Notes under the pieces: model-generated
The model's input: only the letters and a program-made list of their open reading frames with translations
Told to the model about the DNA's origin: nothing
Database searches by the model: none
Shown here: in pieces, positions 24,691 to 38,470 of the stretch
Layout: each line of letters starts with the position of its first letter
Position numbering within the stretch: position 1 is the first letter of the stretch
Program-made: the position numbers and the translations under genes
DNA from: Selaginella moellendorffii
Taxonomy: Eukaryota; Plantae; Lycopodiophyta
NCBI RefSeq assembly: GCF_000143415.4
Contig: NW_003314264.1
Location: 2,179,710-2,243,709, forward strand
Direction: 5' to 3'
Length of the DNA: 64,000 nt

Positions 24691-25094
24691 GCATGTGATC
24701 ATGAGATGAAATTTGGATATATTATTACCATGGATCTTTGAAACCTTGAGGGATATATAGGGATAAAATAACTACTAAGGGCTTTCTAATTAAATAATTG
24801 CTCTTTTTTCAGTTGGATTAAAAGGAGAGAGATAGGTGTATTATATATGTGTGAGACATAAATCCGTAAGTCCCAAAGTGGAGCCAAAAGTGTGCCATAT
24901 AGTAGTGGTCGAAGCAAAAATCCAATGAGCATAACACATTTGGACCAAAAGTTTCAATTTGAAAAGTTGAAAGTAGGAGTGAAACTCTAAATGAAAGTGC
25001 TTAAGAAATAAGCACAAAGTGATCAATGAATGAGTCTCTAGAAAGGGACACAAGAAGGATTGACACATGACAAGTGTCATAACATATGGAAGTG

Positions 25095-25385
25095 CTAAGA
25101 AAGAGTCCAAGAAGGAGTTTGAGAAGGAGTTCAAGATGGAGACTGAGATGGAGTTCAAGATGGAATCTGAGAAGGAGTCCAAAAAAGAGTCTAAAAAGAA
25201 GTTTGAGATAGAGTTTGAGATGGAGCTTGAGGTTGAGTCCAAACTAGTCTGAGATTGAGACCGAGACCGAGACTGAGACAAAGTCCAAGACCAAGACCAA
25301 AATTGAGACCGAGTCTAAGTCCGAGTCCAAATCTAAGTATAAGTCTAAGTTTGAATCCAAGTCCAAATCTGAGTATGAGTCTGAG
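25095..25385. repeat. Decayed hexamer-based minisatellite (GAGTCC/GAGACC/AAGTCC variants)
   Basis: 6- and 12-bp periodicity visible by eye. Confidence 0.8.
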
Positions 25386-25414
25386 TGGTGAAAGCCCAAA
25401 GCAATTGTCCCTAA

Positions 25415-25860
25415 AAGGGGGGCAGGGTCGATTGTAAAAAGTTCCAAAAGTATAATAGGGAGAGTATAGGGGTTCGACTCCAATAGAACTAATTTGGCTA
25501 GGAAAGATTAGTGTGACCCAAGAAAGTTATACCCATGTGGTGGGTACTATTGAAGAGTCCAAGGCTAGAGTGAACACAAATAGACAAATAAGATAACTTA
25601 GTGAAGTATTCAAGAGTTGGCTTTAGCTCTCCCCGAAAGATTGAATAATCAATGTTTAGGGGGGGGTTGCAAGGGGTTTCAAAAGTATAGTAGGGAGAGT
25701 GTGAGGGTTAAACTCCATTGGAATTAATTTGGCCAAGAAAAGGCCAATGTGACCTAGGATTATACCCATGTGGTGGGTGATAATATAACCACTAAAGAGT
25801 CTCATGCTAGAGTGAACATGAACAAATAAATGGGGTAACTTGGTAAAATGTTCAAGAACC
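25415..25860. repeat. Diverged tandem duplication (period about 240 bp)
   Basis: AAAAGTATA.TAGGGAGAGT...TTATACCCATGTGGTGGGT...GCTAGAGTGAACA...TTCAAGA occurs twice. Confidence 0.8.
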
Positions 25861-28652
25861 AACTCTAGATCGAATGGTCAATGCTCCCAATTCAAGTGTT
25901 ACCTAGTATAGCTAAAGCACATAAAGGTAGAAGGTGGGGAGAGTACCCATAAAGTTTGTATAGGGCTATAGTGTTTCGAAATGTCATCCCAAAGTCCTAG
26001 ACTATAAAACAGAAGAGGAGTAATCCTTTTGCATAGTGATCAAAGGCATGGTCACGTAACATAATGAATTGACATGTTAATGATACCTTTGAGTGTTTAT
26101 ATCAAGATCAAACACGTGGAGAACTTGGACAAAATGCAAAAGTAAAGTGGCATAAAGGCTATTCACAGGGTTATCAAGTCCCTAAGTCAGGAATAAAATT
26201 TATAGAGGTTATGAGTAACACTCTTCCAAGTGGTCAAAGGTATGGTTAAATGATTAAAGTATAGAGGAAAAATTAATCACTTTCTATGTGCAAATGACAT
26301 AAGTTTTATTCCCATTAATTAGTGGCTATTTAAAAATAATATACTATTGAGTAAGATATATTTTTACCCCTAAAATTAAAATTGTACATGACTACATCCT
26401 TTGTTTTATAGGGCATCCATTGATGAGATTATGGTACGAACGGATGACTAGTTGCCTTATATGGAATAATTTAATCCATTAAGATTTGGATACAATGAAA
26501 AGATTGGTACATTTAGTGTGGAAATGGAATTATTAGTTCCTTTTGGCTCAGTAGGGGTTATTAATTAATAGTCAATGAGGATATTAATATCTTTAAGAGG
26601 GCAAAAGAGAGGGTTGAGGGTAATGGATATGATTTGTTATTGCCAAGATAAAGAGCACAGAGCATTGATAGGCGTGCATTGGAATGCGGATAGCAACTTC
26701 CGTAAAAAGGTATGGTGGCGATATTGTTTACATTGTCAGCTGTTTGTGACCATCAGTGGCGGTGGATGCAACACACATCCCCCTTGAAACAGGCTGCCAA
26801 GGGCACATGAAGCTGTACCTTGTGCTTTGAGGTTGAGCGACATGCTCTCTCCAATTGCTGCTGCCAACATTGCACTTGTCCATTTATTAATTGGTCCCGT
26901 GGCTGCAGAATCACGCAAATTTAAATATATTGTCACTATAGATTTTTTAAACCTTTAGGGATATATGGGAATAAAGCTTTCTCATCAAATAATTTTAAGG
27001 GGAGAGAGATAAAGTGTGTTAGTATTTACAAAGGTTTAAACCATATAGAAAGCACGTAATCATTCTCACTTCAAAAGATCACATACTAGAGTGTTTGTTG
27101 TGATGGTGGAGACTCATGCTAGTAGTAGTACAAACTACACTATATCATCCTCAAGACAAGAGGAAGCTATCGAAATTAGAGGAGTGGCAAAAGGCATGGC
27201 TTATGTATTTTAGTGTAGTCGGTGAGAAGGGGATCCACTAGAGATGGTGCCCCCTAATGTTGATTCTAAAGTCCATGCAAAGAGGAGATGTAGATTTAGA
27301 TATGGTATAGAGAAAGAGACTACAATTGCTTCTATTATAGGTTTAGGCCTGCATGTATGAAGAGGGAGAGTTTCGTTAGGTAGTTCCATTGGAGGAGGCA
27401 TGCTCAATTTTTGTATTAATACCTTAGGGAATATATATATATATATATATGTTTCACCAAAACAAGACTAACATATAGAGCATGATAATGAAGTTGTCTG
27501 GGCAAACATGGTAAGTTGTCACTTAGTAAATATTAAGGGACTAAACTTAATATTGCAGGAGTTTTTAACATTCACTTAAGAATTTTATCCTTATACTGTT
27601 TTGGTCAAGTGCACACTTGAAAATTAATTTCTTAACTAGCTGAGTAGAGATTAATAAAGTAACACCAACCAGTAGTAACGCAAGAATATTTGAAAAAACT
27701 CACTACATTTGGTTTGATGTAGATTTTTTTGGATTTTTAGAGTATCAATGTTAAATTAGTAGGTGGCAAATGTAATATATCATGTTAGTCCTCTCAATAC
27801 TCTACACCATTGGATAAAGATTCAAGATTTACACTATATGCTTGAGAAAACCTCACATCTTTCTAAAGTGCTACATAGCATGTTATTAAAATCATAATTA
27901 TCCACTATTATATATATGCTAAATGTATTCTTATAATTCTTCCACTCCCTTCCATCAAATCTACTATACTCTAACACAATTTAGAAATCCATACAATCTC
28001 TAGAAACATTCTTTACTACTTATGTTATGTCTCATCACTAACAGCTTAATAAATGATAGAGATGCCATTCTACATAAACTTCATAAACTTCAAAACTTGA
28101 TACAAGCAGTGATAACATCAAAACTTTTAATTGCTAGAGGTAGCCACTTGCCATGGAATTGTTATATCCAATAATGTTATAAAGACTAAGATTTTGAAGT
28201 TATAAAGATCAAACATCAACAAAGACCTTATAAATTTTTATTCTACTGAACTTAGATTTCATTTCAACCCTGAAAACAATTTTTTTAAAAATGCCACAAA
28301 TGCAAGCTTACTTCCTTGATATACTACCTTCAAGAGTTTTAATGGAGTTTTACTAGCTCAAAATCCACTGAAAAATATGTTAAAATCCTAAGTGAAAATA
28401 AAATTTTCTGCTTTAAAAATACTACTAATAATAATATATAAAATTATTTTATTGGAGTTTGGTGAGAGAAGTATTACGCAAAGTACCTTGTTTTGTCAAA
28501 ACTGCCTTTTCCTAGTTTTGTGGCGAGAGAGACTAATGTGTTCCAAAATAATTTCTTGCACAAGATCTCTATCCAAGAACAAAAGATAGCTTAACGTTTA
28601 CAATTTTTTGCTGTGTTGGTTTAAGCTACACAAATGGTGTTTCTTCCTTAGT

Positions 28653-31019
28653 CTACCGGGAGTGATCCACAGTGACTCCAGCCGTGTAAGAGTTAACCTC
28701 CTCATAGAGGGCCGTGTGGATTTCCATGCACTTCTCCGTGAAACTCTGGAGCTCCTGGAAGAGAGGAGGGAGACTGCTTTGAAGTCCACACAGCGTGAAC
28801 GACCTCGTGTCCTGGATCGCTCCCCGGAACCGCTGCTTCTCAATCTCCACTCTCTCCCCGAGCTTGTCGACCGAGCTCTTCTTCTTCCCCACGCTGCCAT
28901 CCATCTGCTGCTGCTGCTGCTGCTGCTGCTTTTTCTCCAAGCTCTTGAGCGATATCATCTTCTTGCTGAGCTCCTTGGACAGCGCCTCGGTCCGGCGCTG
29001 GAGTCGGATCTCCTCCGCCTGCTTCGTCCCAATCTCGCGCAGCGTCTCCGACAGCTGCTTCATCCTGCTGCTCACCGCCTGGAGCGGCAGCTTCTCCAGC
29101 GCCTCGGCCCACTTATCGCTCATGTGTCGGATCTTTGGCACCACCGCCGCCTTCTTCCCGGACTTCTTCGGATGTGAGTCCGGCGGCAGGCTCGACTTGA
29201 TCCAGCCGCTGAGGCTCCGCACGTAGTCCTTTTGCGTGGCGATGAAGCTGCCCAGGCCCGTCTGCCAGGCCGTGAGCGCCAGCTCCAGCTGCGCGGTGGT
29301 GTTCCGGTGAGACACGCTGATCGCTTCCAAGGACGACTCCCGCGGGAGTTTGAGGTGCATGACAACGCGAAGTTGCTGCTGGTGACACTCGTGCATGTTC
29401 TTCCACATGACGGCAAGCCTGTGACGGAATCCAAACAACAAGTCGACGTGAAGAAAGAAAAACTAAAAGCAAGTACCCTTCCAAGAGCTCCAAAAGTTGC
29501 GGAAGCATTTCTTCGTCCGTGATCTTCTGGATATTGGCCGACGAAGCTTCCATCGCGTGGACCGCCACAGTTATCTCAGTCTCCAAGGCCTTCATACTCG
29601 CTCTCGTCTTGTCTATGACGTCGGGCTTCGCCCCTCTAGCGTCCAAGTTGCGAAGAAGCCTGCGCTTTCGTTCCAGCTCCGTATTGACAGCCTCCCAGGC
29701 CTGAGAAGAAGAAAAGCACAGAGAATAAGAGCTTAGTTCCAGATCGAAGAACCCGGAAGTAGAAGTACTACCTTGACCTCTTCATACAATTTCTTCTCCC
29801 ATGCGTAAAGTCGATCCAAAGTTCCAGCGTGACTCCCGGACATGCCACCAGCCTCAATGTCAAATCCACTGGGCGAGCTCAGAGATCTCGGCGACCAATG
29901 CCCGAGCGAAAGAGCGCTCAGCAACCGGGAAGAATGATCCGAGAAGCCTGCGGACGATCATCAGCCTGTTCTTCCATGAAACCATAGTTCCTTACCTTTC
30001 TCGAGCTGGACTTTGCCCGCCTCCAGCATTCTCACTACTGGCTTTCCAGCCTCGGAAGCCCGGAGAAACTGTTCTTCCAGCTCCCGGAGCACATCCACAA
30101 GCTCCACTGGAGCTGGCGTCTCACTCTTCTCGGTCGATCCAATTGATTCTCCCGCGGCCGCATTCTCTTTCTCTTGGACTTCCCCGTCGCCGTCACCGGC
30201 ATCACCGCCGCCGCCGCTCCTGCTGCTGGCGCCATCGCTGGAGGAACCACTGGTCGACGCGTCATCATCTTCCGGCTCGAAAATCTCCTCGATCCTGGGC
30301 GCCGCGGGAGCGCCAGCGACATTCTTCTCCTCCTCCTCTCCTCCAGCNNNNNNNNNNNNNNNNNNNNNNNNNNNNNNNNNNNNNNNNNNNNNNNNNNNNN
30401 NNNNNNNNNNNNNNNNNNNNNNNNNNNNNNNNNNNNNNNNNNNNNNNNNNNNNNNNNNNNNNNNNNNNNNNNNNNNNNNNNNNNNNNNNNNNNNNNNNNN
30501 NNNNNNNNNNNNNNNNNNNNNNNNNNNNNNNNNNNNNNNNNNNNNNNNGCCGCCACGTTCTTCCTCCCCGAATTGGGCGAAGTAATCGTTCTCGCTCGTG
30601 AAGTTCCTCCTTCTGGGCGGGGATAGCACCACTGTGACGGCCTCCGTGGGTGTGTTCCTCAGCATCATCGCTTTGATTCTCGAGCTCCTCTCTTCGATTT
30701 CCTCCGAGGGAGAGGGAGAGAGGGAGATCGAAATAGGGGATTCCTCCTGCTCTTCCTCTGGATCCTCTTCCTTGTGGGCGGTGCTCTTGGCTGTTGGCGG
30801 TGGAATCGGGGCCTCGCGATCGCTGGATCTAAATCCCAGCTCGCTATCCGAGAATTGCTTGAAGGCCAGGGACATGGCGGCGAGCGCCTGGACATAGCGG
30901 GCGTGGGAGCAGGCGAGCGCCGTGCGAGCTACCACCGCTTGCTTGACGAAGGACTTGCGTGCCTCGCACTGCCCAACAACGTCTTCGTTCTGGATCTTGG
31001 AGCTCACGCAGCACCCCAT
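28653..31019 (-). CDS. DUF630/DUF632 domain protein (NRG2/APSR1/REL2-like)
   Basis: MGCCVSSKIQNEDVVGQCEARKSFVKQAV (DUF630), HAGTLDRLYAWEKKLYEEVK, IDKTRA...DEEMLPQLLELLEG, QKDYVRSLSGW. PolyQ tract; spans a gap. Confidence 0.92.
30348..30548. other. Assembly gap
   Basis: Run of N. Confidence 1.
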
Positions 31020-32433
31020 TTGCGATGATCTCCCTCTCAAAGGCCCTCTGTGTAGTAACGTCTGGAGCGATCCAAGACCTGTTCTAGAGGATGCTCTTCA
31101 TTCCTTCCTTCCAGAGCCCTTTTAGAAGAACTCCAGTTTGATCCTCGATTCTGCCGATAGTTCTAATGCTCGACAGCGAGCCCACCACTCGCCCCTAGTG
31201 TAAGGAGATGGAATCTCCACCATCGTTGTCACCATAGCCAAAAGCTTAAAGCCCTCTCACTCTCTCCCCGCGTGGATAAGCACGAAGGACTTCTCCCCAA
31301 TCCAGGAAGACCAGTACGAGCGAGAAAACAAAAACAAACAAGCCAAACCGACCAAAACGATCCCAAACTAACACCACCACGAACACCACTTTCGCCCAGG
31401 ATATGGAGGAATCATGTCGAATCGATCAAACAGGCTTTCAAACAAGTTGGGAATGAAGAGGAAGAGAGAATCTAGCACGGAATAATCTACCTTTGGTTCT
31501 TGGCGCAACTTCCCCTTGGAAGAATCCTTGGTCTTCTGTGACACATTAAAGGGGAGAAGGAAATAAAAGAGAAGAAAGAAGACCTTCCTTTTTTCCCCTT
31601 TGCTTTTGGGATCCCATGTCATAATTGCGGGGCACGGACTCACACAATACATACAATAACCAGGGAATGATTCTTCCCATGCATGAATGTCTGATGAAAT
31701 TTACTATGGTTTTGTTGTTTCTGGCCTATTGTTTAGTAGATTGTGATTGTCCAGGCAAACCATACAAGCTTGTTTCTTTAAGTTTTCACCAACCACTAAG
31801 ATGGCTTGGAATTGGGTTCATTGCTAATGAGATTTGGGGACCAACTGGCGGCCAGCTTTTGCTGTGCCAAGTTAAAAAGTTGGAATTGACAAGGTAGCCT
31901 CCCCCAAATTGGCGTGGAAGAACTTTTGTAATAACCCCTATCTAGGTGCTTGACCCCAGCTTCGTACGTATGTAAGCAATAAGTGGATGCATCATGCTCG
32001 TCCAAAGAGTGAGTGGACTGGATCAAGACAAGTAATGGTGGCCAGCTGTTAGTTTTTCTGCATTGTATTTTAGTTCTATAAAATGAGCTTATGTTTAAAT
32101 TTTTTAATTAATAATATATATAAAAAAGTTATGGTGTAACTTATATGAAAAAATGACTTCATATTTTAAGATGAAAAATCACACTATTTTGGGATGATAG
32201 CCATTAGAGTATAAAATATGTCATTCATTGCAGTTAAAAACTAAATAAAAATGTAAACTAGCTGTTATAAAAAATTTGAAAGAAAGCATAAAAATCTCAC
32301 TAATAAATCTATAATAAATTAAAATAAAGAAAAATTGAAATTCTATATATAATAGATTTTTTGAAAAAATAAACCATTTCACTTAATCTTTTATCTCATC
32401 AGAAAACTAACATTATTATAAAACTTAAAATTA

Positions 32434-32435
<2 letters not shown>

Positions 32436-32477
<42 letters not shown>
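32436..32477. repeat. (TA)n microsatellite
   Basis: TA run. Confidence 0.95.
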
Positions 32478-32480
<3 letters not shown>

Positions 32481-32781
32481 AACAATTTAAAACTTTTAAA
32501 TTATCTTCTCCTCAAGCTTATTTTTTATAGCAAATATTCTTTAGGTCTTAACATTCAACTTAAATTCTAAATTAAGAGTGTTAAAGTACAAAAATATTAA
32601 AAGAGATCAAATATCTATTAAAAATTAAGTTTGTTTCAACATCATATGCCAAGCCGTGGTCCTGTCCCGGTCCCACAGACGGACATTGACCACAAAATTG
32701 ACAGACGTTGACAGAGCTTGACTGGCGCTGGGAAAAGGAAAGAAAGCTCTCTCTAACTTGCCTTGCCACGTAACTGGAAAA

Positions 32782-33320
32782 NNNNNNNNNNNNNNNNNNN
32801 NNNNNNNNNNNNNNNNNNNNNNNNNNNNNNNNNNNNNNNNNNNNNNNNNNNNNNNNNNNNNNNNNNNNNNNNNNNNNNNNNNNNNNNNNNNNNNNNNNNN
32901 NNNNNNNNNNNNNNNNNNNNNNNNNNNNNNNNNNNNNNNNNNNNNNNNNNNNNNNNNNNNNNNNNNNNNNNNNNNNNNNNNNNNNNNNNNNNNNNNNNNN
33001 NNNNNNNNNNNNNNNNNNNNNNNNNNNNNNNNNNNNNNNNNNNNNNNNNNNNNNNNNNNNNNNNNNNNNNNNNNNNNNNNNNNNNNNNNNNNNNNNNNNN
33101 NNNNNNNNNNNNNNNNNNNNNNNNNNNNNNNNNNNNNNNNNNNNNNNNNNNNNNNNNNNNNNNNNNNNNNNNNNNNNNNNNNNNNNNNNNNNNNNNNNNN
33201 NNNNNNNNNNNNNNNNNNNNNNNNNNNNNNNNNNNNNNNNNNNNNNNNNNNNNNNNNNNNNNNNNNNNNNNNNNNNNNNNNNNNNNNNNNNNNNNNNNNN
33301 NNNNNNNNNNNNNNNNNNNN
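32782..33320. other. Assembly gap
   Basis: Run of N. Confidence 1.
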
Positions 33321-34141
33321 GCGATGATGTTCTGGAGGAGATAGTGTCGCCCCGACGCAGCGATGAGCGAGCTTATCGTCCACACCACCCGGAGCTTGAA
33401 GCCACCGTCGGCGTCTGGAAGGTTTCCATCGTCTTCCGCCGCTGCTGGTGGTGGTGGTGGTGGCGACGAGCTCTGCGTGTCGGAGCTTCTCCTTTGAGCA
33501 GCACTACTTAGCCAGGAGGACGACGTCCTGGTCGAGTTCTTCCTGCTACTACTTTGATCGCCGCTGTTGATCAGCGCCGAGGCACCCAGGATGACGCAGC
33601 TCTCGAGAGTGCTCCCATACCTGGCCTTCCACTTGAGCAGAAAACCATCCTCGATCTCGAGCTCGCCACCCGGGAGCTCGATTCTCAAGTGCTCCAAGTC
33701 TCTAAAGTTCTTGAGGACTTCCCCGGGAGAGTGGTGTGAGACGTCGGCGGCGGCAGTGGTTGCGGCGGAGGTGGAAGCAACCAAAGCTCTCTTTGGGACT
33801 AGCAAGTGTTGAAGAGCTTGGAGTGGCCGGACCATACTCCCAAAGAATTTTAGCAAGTGACCAAAGAAGCCTTTGCCTCGAGCGCTTAGATGGCCAGCCT
33901 CGTCCCCGGAGATCACACAGTCCACCTTTACCACCACATTATCCACCGTTCTAGCGAGAGAATAGAACCTCTTAGAGACCGCGCAGCACCGCCCCAGCGA
34001 TTTCACGTCCGATACCTTGTTGAAGATGAGCAGCAGCAGAGAATCCGGCAGGCTGTCGAAGGGATCGACGAGGAAGATCATGAGCGGCGCCGAGAGCATC
34101 CGGCAGTGCTTGTTCTCGAAATTCTCGTGCCAATCCGGCAT
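33321..34141 (-). CDS. F-box protein (At5g46170/AUF-like family); 3' end lies in the gap
   Basis: DPFDSLPDSLLLLIFNKVSDVKSLGRCCAVSKRF, HHSPGEVLKNF..LRIELPGGEL, LKWKARYGSTLESCVILGA, KLRVVWTISSLIAAS. Confidence 0.88.
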
Positions 34142-34489
34142 GGCTGAGAGGATTCGCGGCCCCAGAAACCCCAAAATCACCAATCTCGCACGAATCTCGC
34201 CTCTAGATGACGACGACGGGAACGGCGGCCATGGATTGGAACGCTGGAACGCGTGACCGGCGCAGCGGCTAGCACGAATCACAGCCAAGCAGTAGTACCT
34301 TGCAGCTTTTTCTCGATCCAGCAGCAGTGATTTGCTCGAGATCCATAGCCAGTGCCTCCTGTTCTTCGCTGCCAGCGCCAAGGACGTGTAGATCTGCGCA
34401 TTCAATGCCCCGCCCAGGGCAGAGAGAAGAAAGAAAACCTCTCATCTCATACGAGTAGCAAAGGAAAAAAGAAGGGAAAAAATCAGTGA

Positions 34490-34580
34490 TGACGTGTGCA
34501 GACGTGGCAGCGCCAGGACAGTCCACGTGGGTCGAAAGGAAGGATATTCTCGTCTGTGATTGTTGGCGTTCCACGTCACG
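34490..34580. promoter_or_regulatory. Cluster of four ACGT-core (G-box/ABRE-like) elements in the divergent F-box/DnaJ promoter
   Basis: TGACGTGT (~34490), GACGTGGC (34501), CCACGTGG (34523), CCACGTCA (34571). Confidence 0.6.
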
Positions 34581-34642
34581 GCCACATCACGCAGCATAGA
34601 ATCCTTCTTGTTGAGTTTTAGGGTTCTTTGGGGATTTTGGTG

Positions 34643-35447
34643 ATGGTGGATCTCTACCGAGTGCTCGGCGTGTCCCGGGACGCGAGCAGCGATGACATCA
34701 AAGCTGCATTTCGCCGCCTGGCGCTCAAGTTCCATCCGGATCGCCACGCCAACGCTTCCAAATCCGAGCAGCGCAACGCGTCGGATAGCTTCAGGCAAGT
34801 GAAAGAGGCGTATGAGATTCTTGGCAATGACAAGAAGAGGGAGGTTTACAATCGATCGGGGCCGAGATACAGCACTCCGGGCAGCAATCCTTCCTCGACG
34901 TATTCCGCCGCTCAAGCGGCCAGAAGTGCTTACGCGAGGACCGCGCAGCAGCACAGGGATTGGCGATCCGAGCAGCGCTACACGAGCTACACGGATGGAT
35001 CTTCTAGTCGATCGTCAGATTGGTCGTATAGGGGAAATTATGCCGGATCCAAGAGGGACTACGATTATAGTGTAAGATGGACATTTCATCATGCTCCCAG
35101 TGAAGGCCCAAGGATGGTTCTTCGAGCCACTCTCTTCGGGTAAGTTCTTTAGCTGGTTTTCTTAGAAAACATTCTTTCTTCTGTGGCTCTTCTCGATTGA
35201 GTGAAGACATATTTTCTTTCAGCATGGCAGTGGTGACAATTATGCTAGCCGACTCGATGATGAGCAATGCGTGGAGGCACAACAATACCGGGGTAGGTTC
35301 CAAGTCTCTTTCTATCTTCAAAGATTTGGAAAACTCTAGACTGGACGTGTGTTTACTCAGAAATCATACGAGGAGATGGTGGAGCGTTTGCAACAAGAAA
35401 AGAAAGCTGCTAAAACCCGAGCGGCAGCAGCTGACAAAGATGAATAG
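34643..35447 (+). CDS. DnaJ (J-domain) protein with C-terminal hydrophobic segment
   Basis: MVDLYRVLGVSRDAS..DIKAAFRRLALKFHPD. Three exons ending KSYEEMVERLQQEKK...DE*. Confidence 0.9.
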
Positions 35448-35601
35448 ACGAGGTATGTGCATACTGTATTTTCTTTCTTCAAAGAGAATGGATTGGTGGT
35501 GTAGAGCAAGCACACGCATTCTCTAAAGGAACAAAACAGAGGAGGAGATGTAGAGCAACCGGATAACTCGTAGAGTGTCCCAGCTTTGTACAAGTTACTA
35601 A

Positions 35602-36406
35602 TCAAACTTTCGATCTGTTCAAGGCAGCACACCCTCTCTTTATGCCACCGGTTTCGGAGCGGAAGCTAGAACAGGCACAGGAACTGCTCCTGGCTGTTGT
35701 CGAGCGACCGAGAAACTTTGGAAGCCAGCTCCAAGTCGCTCCACCGCCAGCACTTCCAGCTCCCGCAGCAGCACCCTCACCAACTTGATCTAGTAAGCGG
35801 CTTATGAATCCTCCGTTTTGCTGATGTTTTACTTCTGGTTTTCTGTAGACGACAGGACCGATGGTATACACCAGCTGCTGGTTGCCTCCGTTTCTTCGAT
35901 GCCGGTAATCAGATTTATCCTCGAGGGAGACTGAGACGGCGTGCTGCTTCACTCGGTGGTGATGATCTGTCGCAACTTTGGCAAAACACTTGACAAGGAG
36001 CTTGTTACTGGGCAAATCCACCATGAAGGCTCCGTTCTCATCGCTGGTACGTAGCGCATTGAATACCAGAAGCCCATCCCTGTTTTTACATTCCACCACC
36101 GCGGTCATTCCTGCAGGAAAGGCGATAAGTTTTCAGTTGCCGAAATCCTCAGCGAGAGCACGTACCAGGCAGGAATGACAGGCTTTGGCCCCAGCAGTCG
36201 TACCACACAACGTGGCCGACGAGTGTTCTTGTCACAGGCGTTGCACTCCGGCTTGGAGTCTGACCGCTCGAGAGCTGATGCTTCTTCTTTCGGTGGAATT
36301 TGTGGGCGATCTTCCGGTGCCTGGGACTGGCAGCCTCGGCCAGAGATGCTGCTGCCAGTGTCAAGAGGATCAAACAAGCCAGCAAGCGGGATTTCGAAGC
36401 GGCCAT
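35602..36406 (-). CDS. Pollen Ole e 1 / extensin-like secreted protein
   Basis: Signal peptide, LVGHVVWYDC..., intron, then VVECK...TSDENGAFMVDLP...CFAKV...YTIGPVVYR. Confidence 0.75.
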
Positions 36407-36902
36407 TTTCGAGGAGAAGAGGGAACAAGCAATGCAGGACTGCAAGACGGAAGTTTTATAAGCAGAATAGTACGAGGGGGAGGAACTACAGAAGAAAGGA
36501 CTCGTCAAGCGAGGTGATCTGGTGACCAAACTTTGCAGAAAATTCCAAACTCTTCGTTTCTTTTCCTTTCCAGGCGGAAGAGTGGTCGGTCACTGGTGGT
36601 GTTTTTCGTCGGGAATGGAGTTTCTACCATTTTGACTTTGATGTAAGTAATGTCTAGTATACTTCACTCGCTACAAATCGCGAAAGCTCTAAGATCTCTG
36701 TTTTGATTACCAGATGTGACTTCGTCACTGGCAGCGAGGCCACCAATTTCTTCTTGGCGAAAAGGTATGCCAATCGTGCGCGTAAATTTCTCATTTTTAT
36801 CAACTTTGTCAGACATACACAAGTTCGTTATTCATGGTTTCTAAGCTATCGATCACTCTTGTTATTGCAACTCTGTTAGTAACGAGCTACGGATCCATCG
36901 GT

Positions 36903-37803
36903 CTAGTTTCCTGGGGGAGGAGGAGCTGCGAAGAATGGGAACTGGAACGCTGGGAGCTGCGGGAATCCCAGGAAGGGAGGGAGCCCCGCGAGAGGTGGAA
37001 CTTGCGAGAGGAGCGGCGGTGGATTGGCCGGGATGGGAGGGAAGAGAGACGTGATTGGGAATTGCGAGGCCGGGGACGATGGAATCCCTCCGAAATTCGG
37101 GAAAGAAACCGGTGGGAAGGACAATGGGTTCCCGAAATTCGGGAAGCTGGGAAACGCTGGAGCTTTCTCTTCGCCAAATTGATGAGAGGACGAAGAAGCG
37201 TCACTCTTGGATTGTTTAGCCTTGTCCTGCGAGCTCTCCCCGCACGATTTGATCGATTGGAGAGATTTGGATGGTGTGTAGACGAAAGGGCCAGTGCTGA
37301 AGATTCGATGGCCCTCGATTGTTGTGTAGGGAGTGAGAGAAGAATGCGATTTCTCCATGGCGGCAACGTTGCATGAGCGCTGCAGAGGAGTGATTCCTTT
37401 CTCTCCCGCGGCGACGCTCGCGGCGCAGAGCTTGAATCCATCGCCGGAGCCGGAGATTTGCGATGGGATGTCGAGAGAGAACCTCCCCTGCTCGTCCGTG
37501 GCTTGCTGCGCGGTAAAGAATGGACGCTGGCCGCCGACGGCTTTGCACGTAAGTGAGACCGTCATACCTGTAAGAGAGTGAGCGAATCCGCCAAAAACTT
37601 TTTTACCAGCGCGCTCTACCTGAGAGGAAAACGCTGTTGCTCGTGAGATTCTTCTCGCGGCAGGCATCACACACGACGTAGCCCATCACTTTCCCATACT
37701 TTTCTCCTCCATTGCTGGTGTCGAGTAGCTTTCGCGCGTTGGCCAGTGACGAGAGCGCCGCAAGAGCTGCGGTAAGAATTGCGAGCAACGACCACAACCC
37801 CAT
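36903..37803 (-). CDS. Pollen Ole e 1 domain protein with Pro/Phe-rich tail
   Basis: Signal peptide, VMGYVVCDAC...FLSG, intron, then VSLTCK...TDEQGRFSLDIP...CAASV...FSTGPFVY. C-terminal FPFPP-type repeats. Confidence 0.88.
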
Positions 37804-38470
37804 CGCTGCTGGAGCCCCCCAAGCGAGATACGAAAGAAACACTCGACTCGACTCGACTCGGTTGGAGAGAGGTCTGCGTTGAAGAACTGGATGGATTGGC
37901 AAAAGCAAAGCTCTCGTGGGCGCGGGGGGCTCTCTCACTCCCTCCATCTTTTTAAGTTTGCTCTCTGCCAGATCGCAGACTGTCACGGGATTCATGGGCT
38001 CCGGTCGGCAGGGCGACGTAACTTTATGGTGCCACCACCCCCAAAGCAAACAACAGAGATTGAGCTATGGGCGAGAGGTTGATCCTGGAGAAACAGCTGT
38101 GGATTCGCCATTTAGTCCTTCAAGGACTTGAGCCTAAGAAGTGTATCCCTTTGCCAATGGAGGAGAAAAGTTGGCAGCGACTGCTCATCCAACACCTGAC
38201 GCCGCTTTATGAATGCCATATGCCGCGCGCAATTTGTTGATGCAGCCAGCGGTATGAGAAAAGAGAGAGAGAAGAGAGGCTTTTGATAAAAGACAACACG
38301 GGACGAGAGATCTCACCGAATGAGTAAAGACTGCCGCATGCAATCTCTGAAGGTGCACGTCCATATCTAGAAAACGTACTTATATATATTTGCTCAAAAC
38401 CTAAGGGTAACGAAAGAAACATTTATTTTAGGATCAAGCTTGCCTCCAGTTCGACTTTGAGGTAAATGGC

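Noticed and set aside
24841-25483. Ser/Asp/Glu/Lys-rich ORFs
   Set aside because: Translation of a hexamer minisatellite.
32625-33383. Long ORFs crossing N runs
   Set aside because: Artefacts of the assembly gap.
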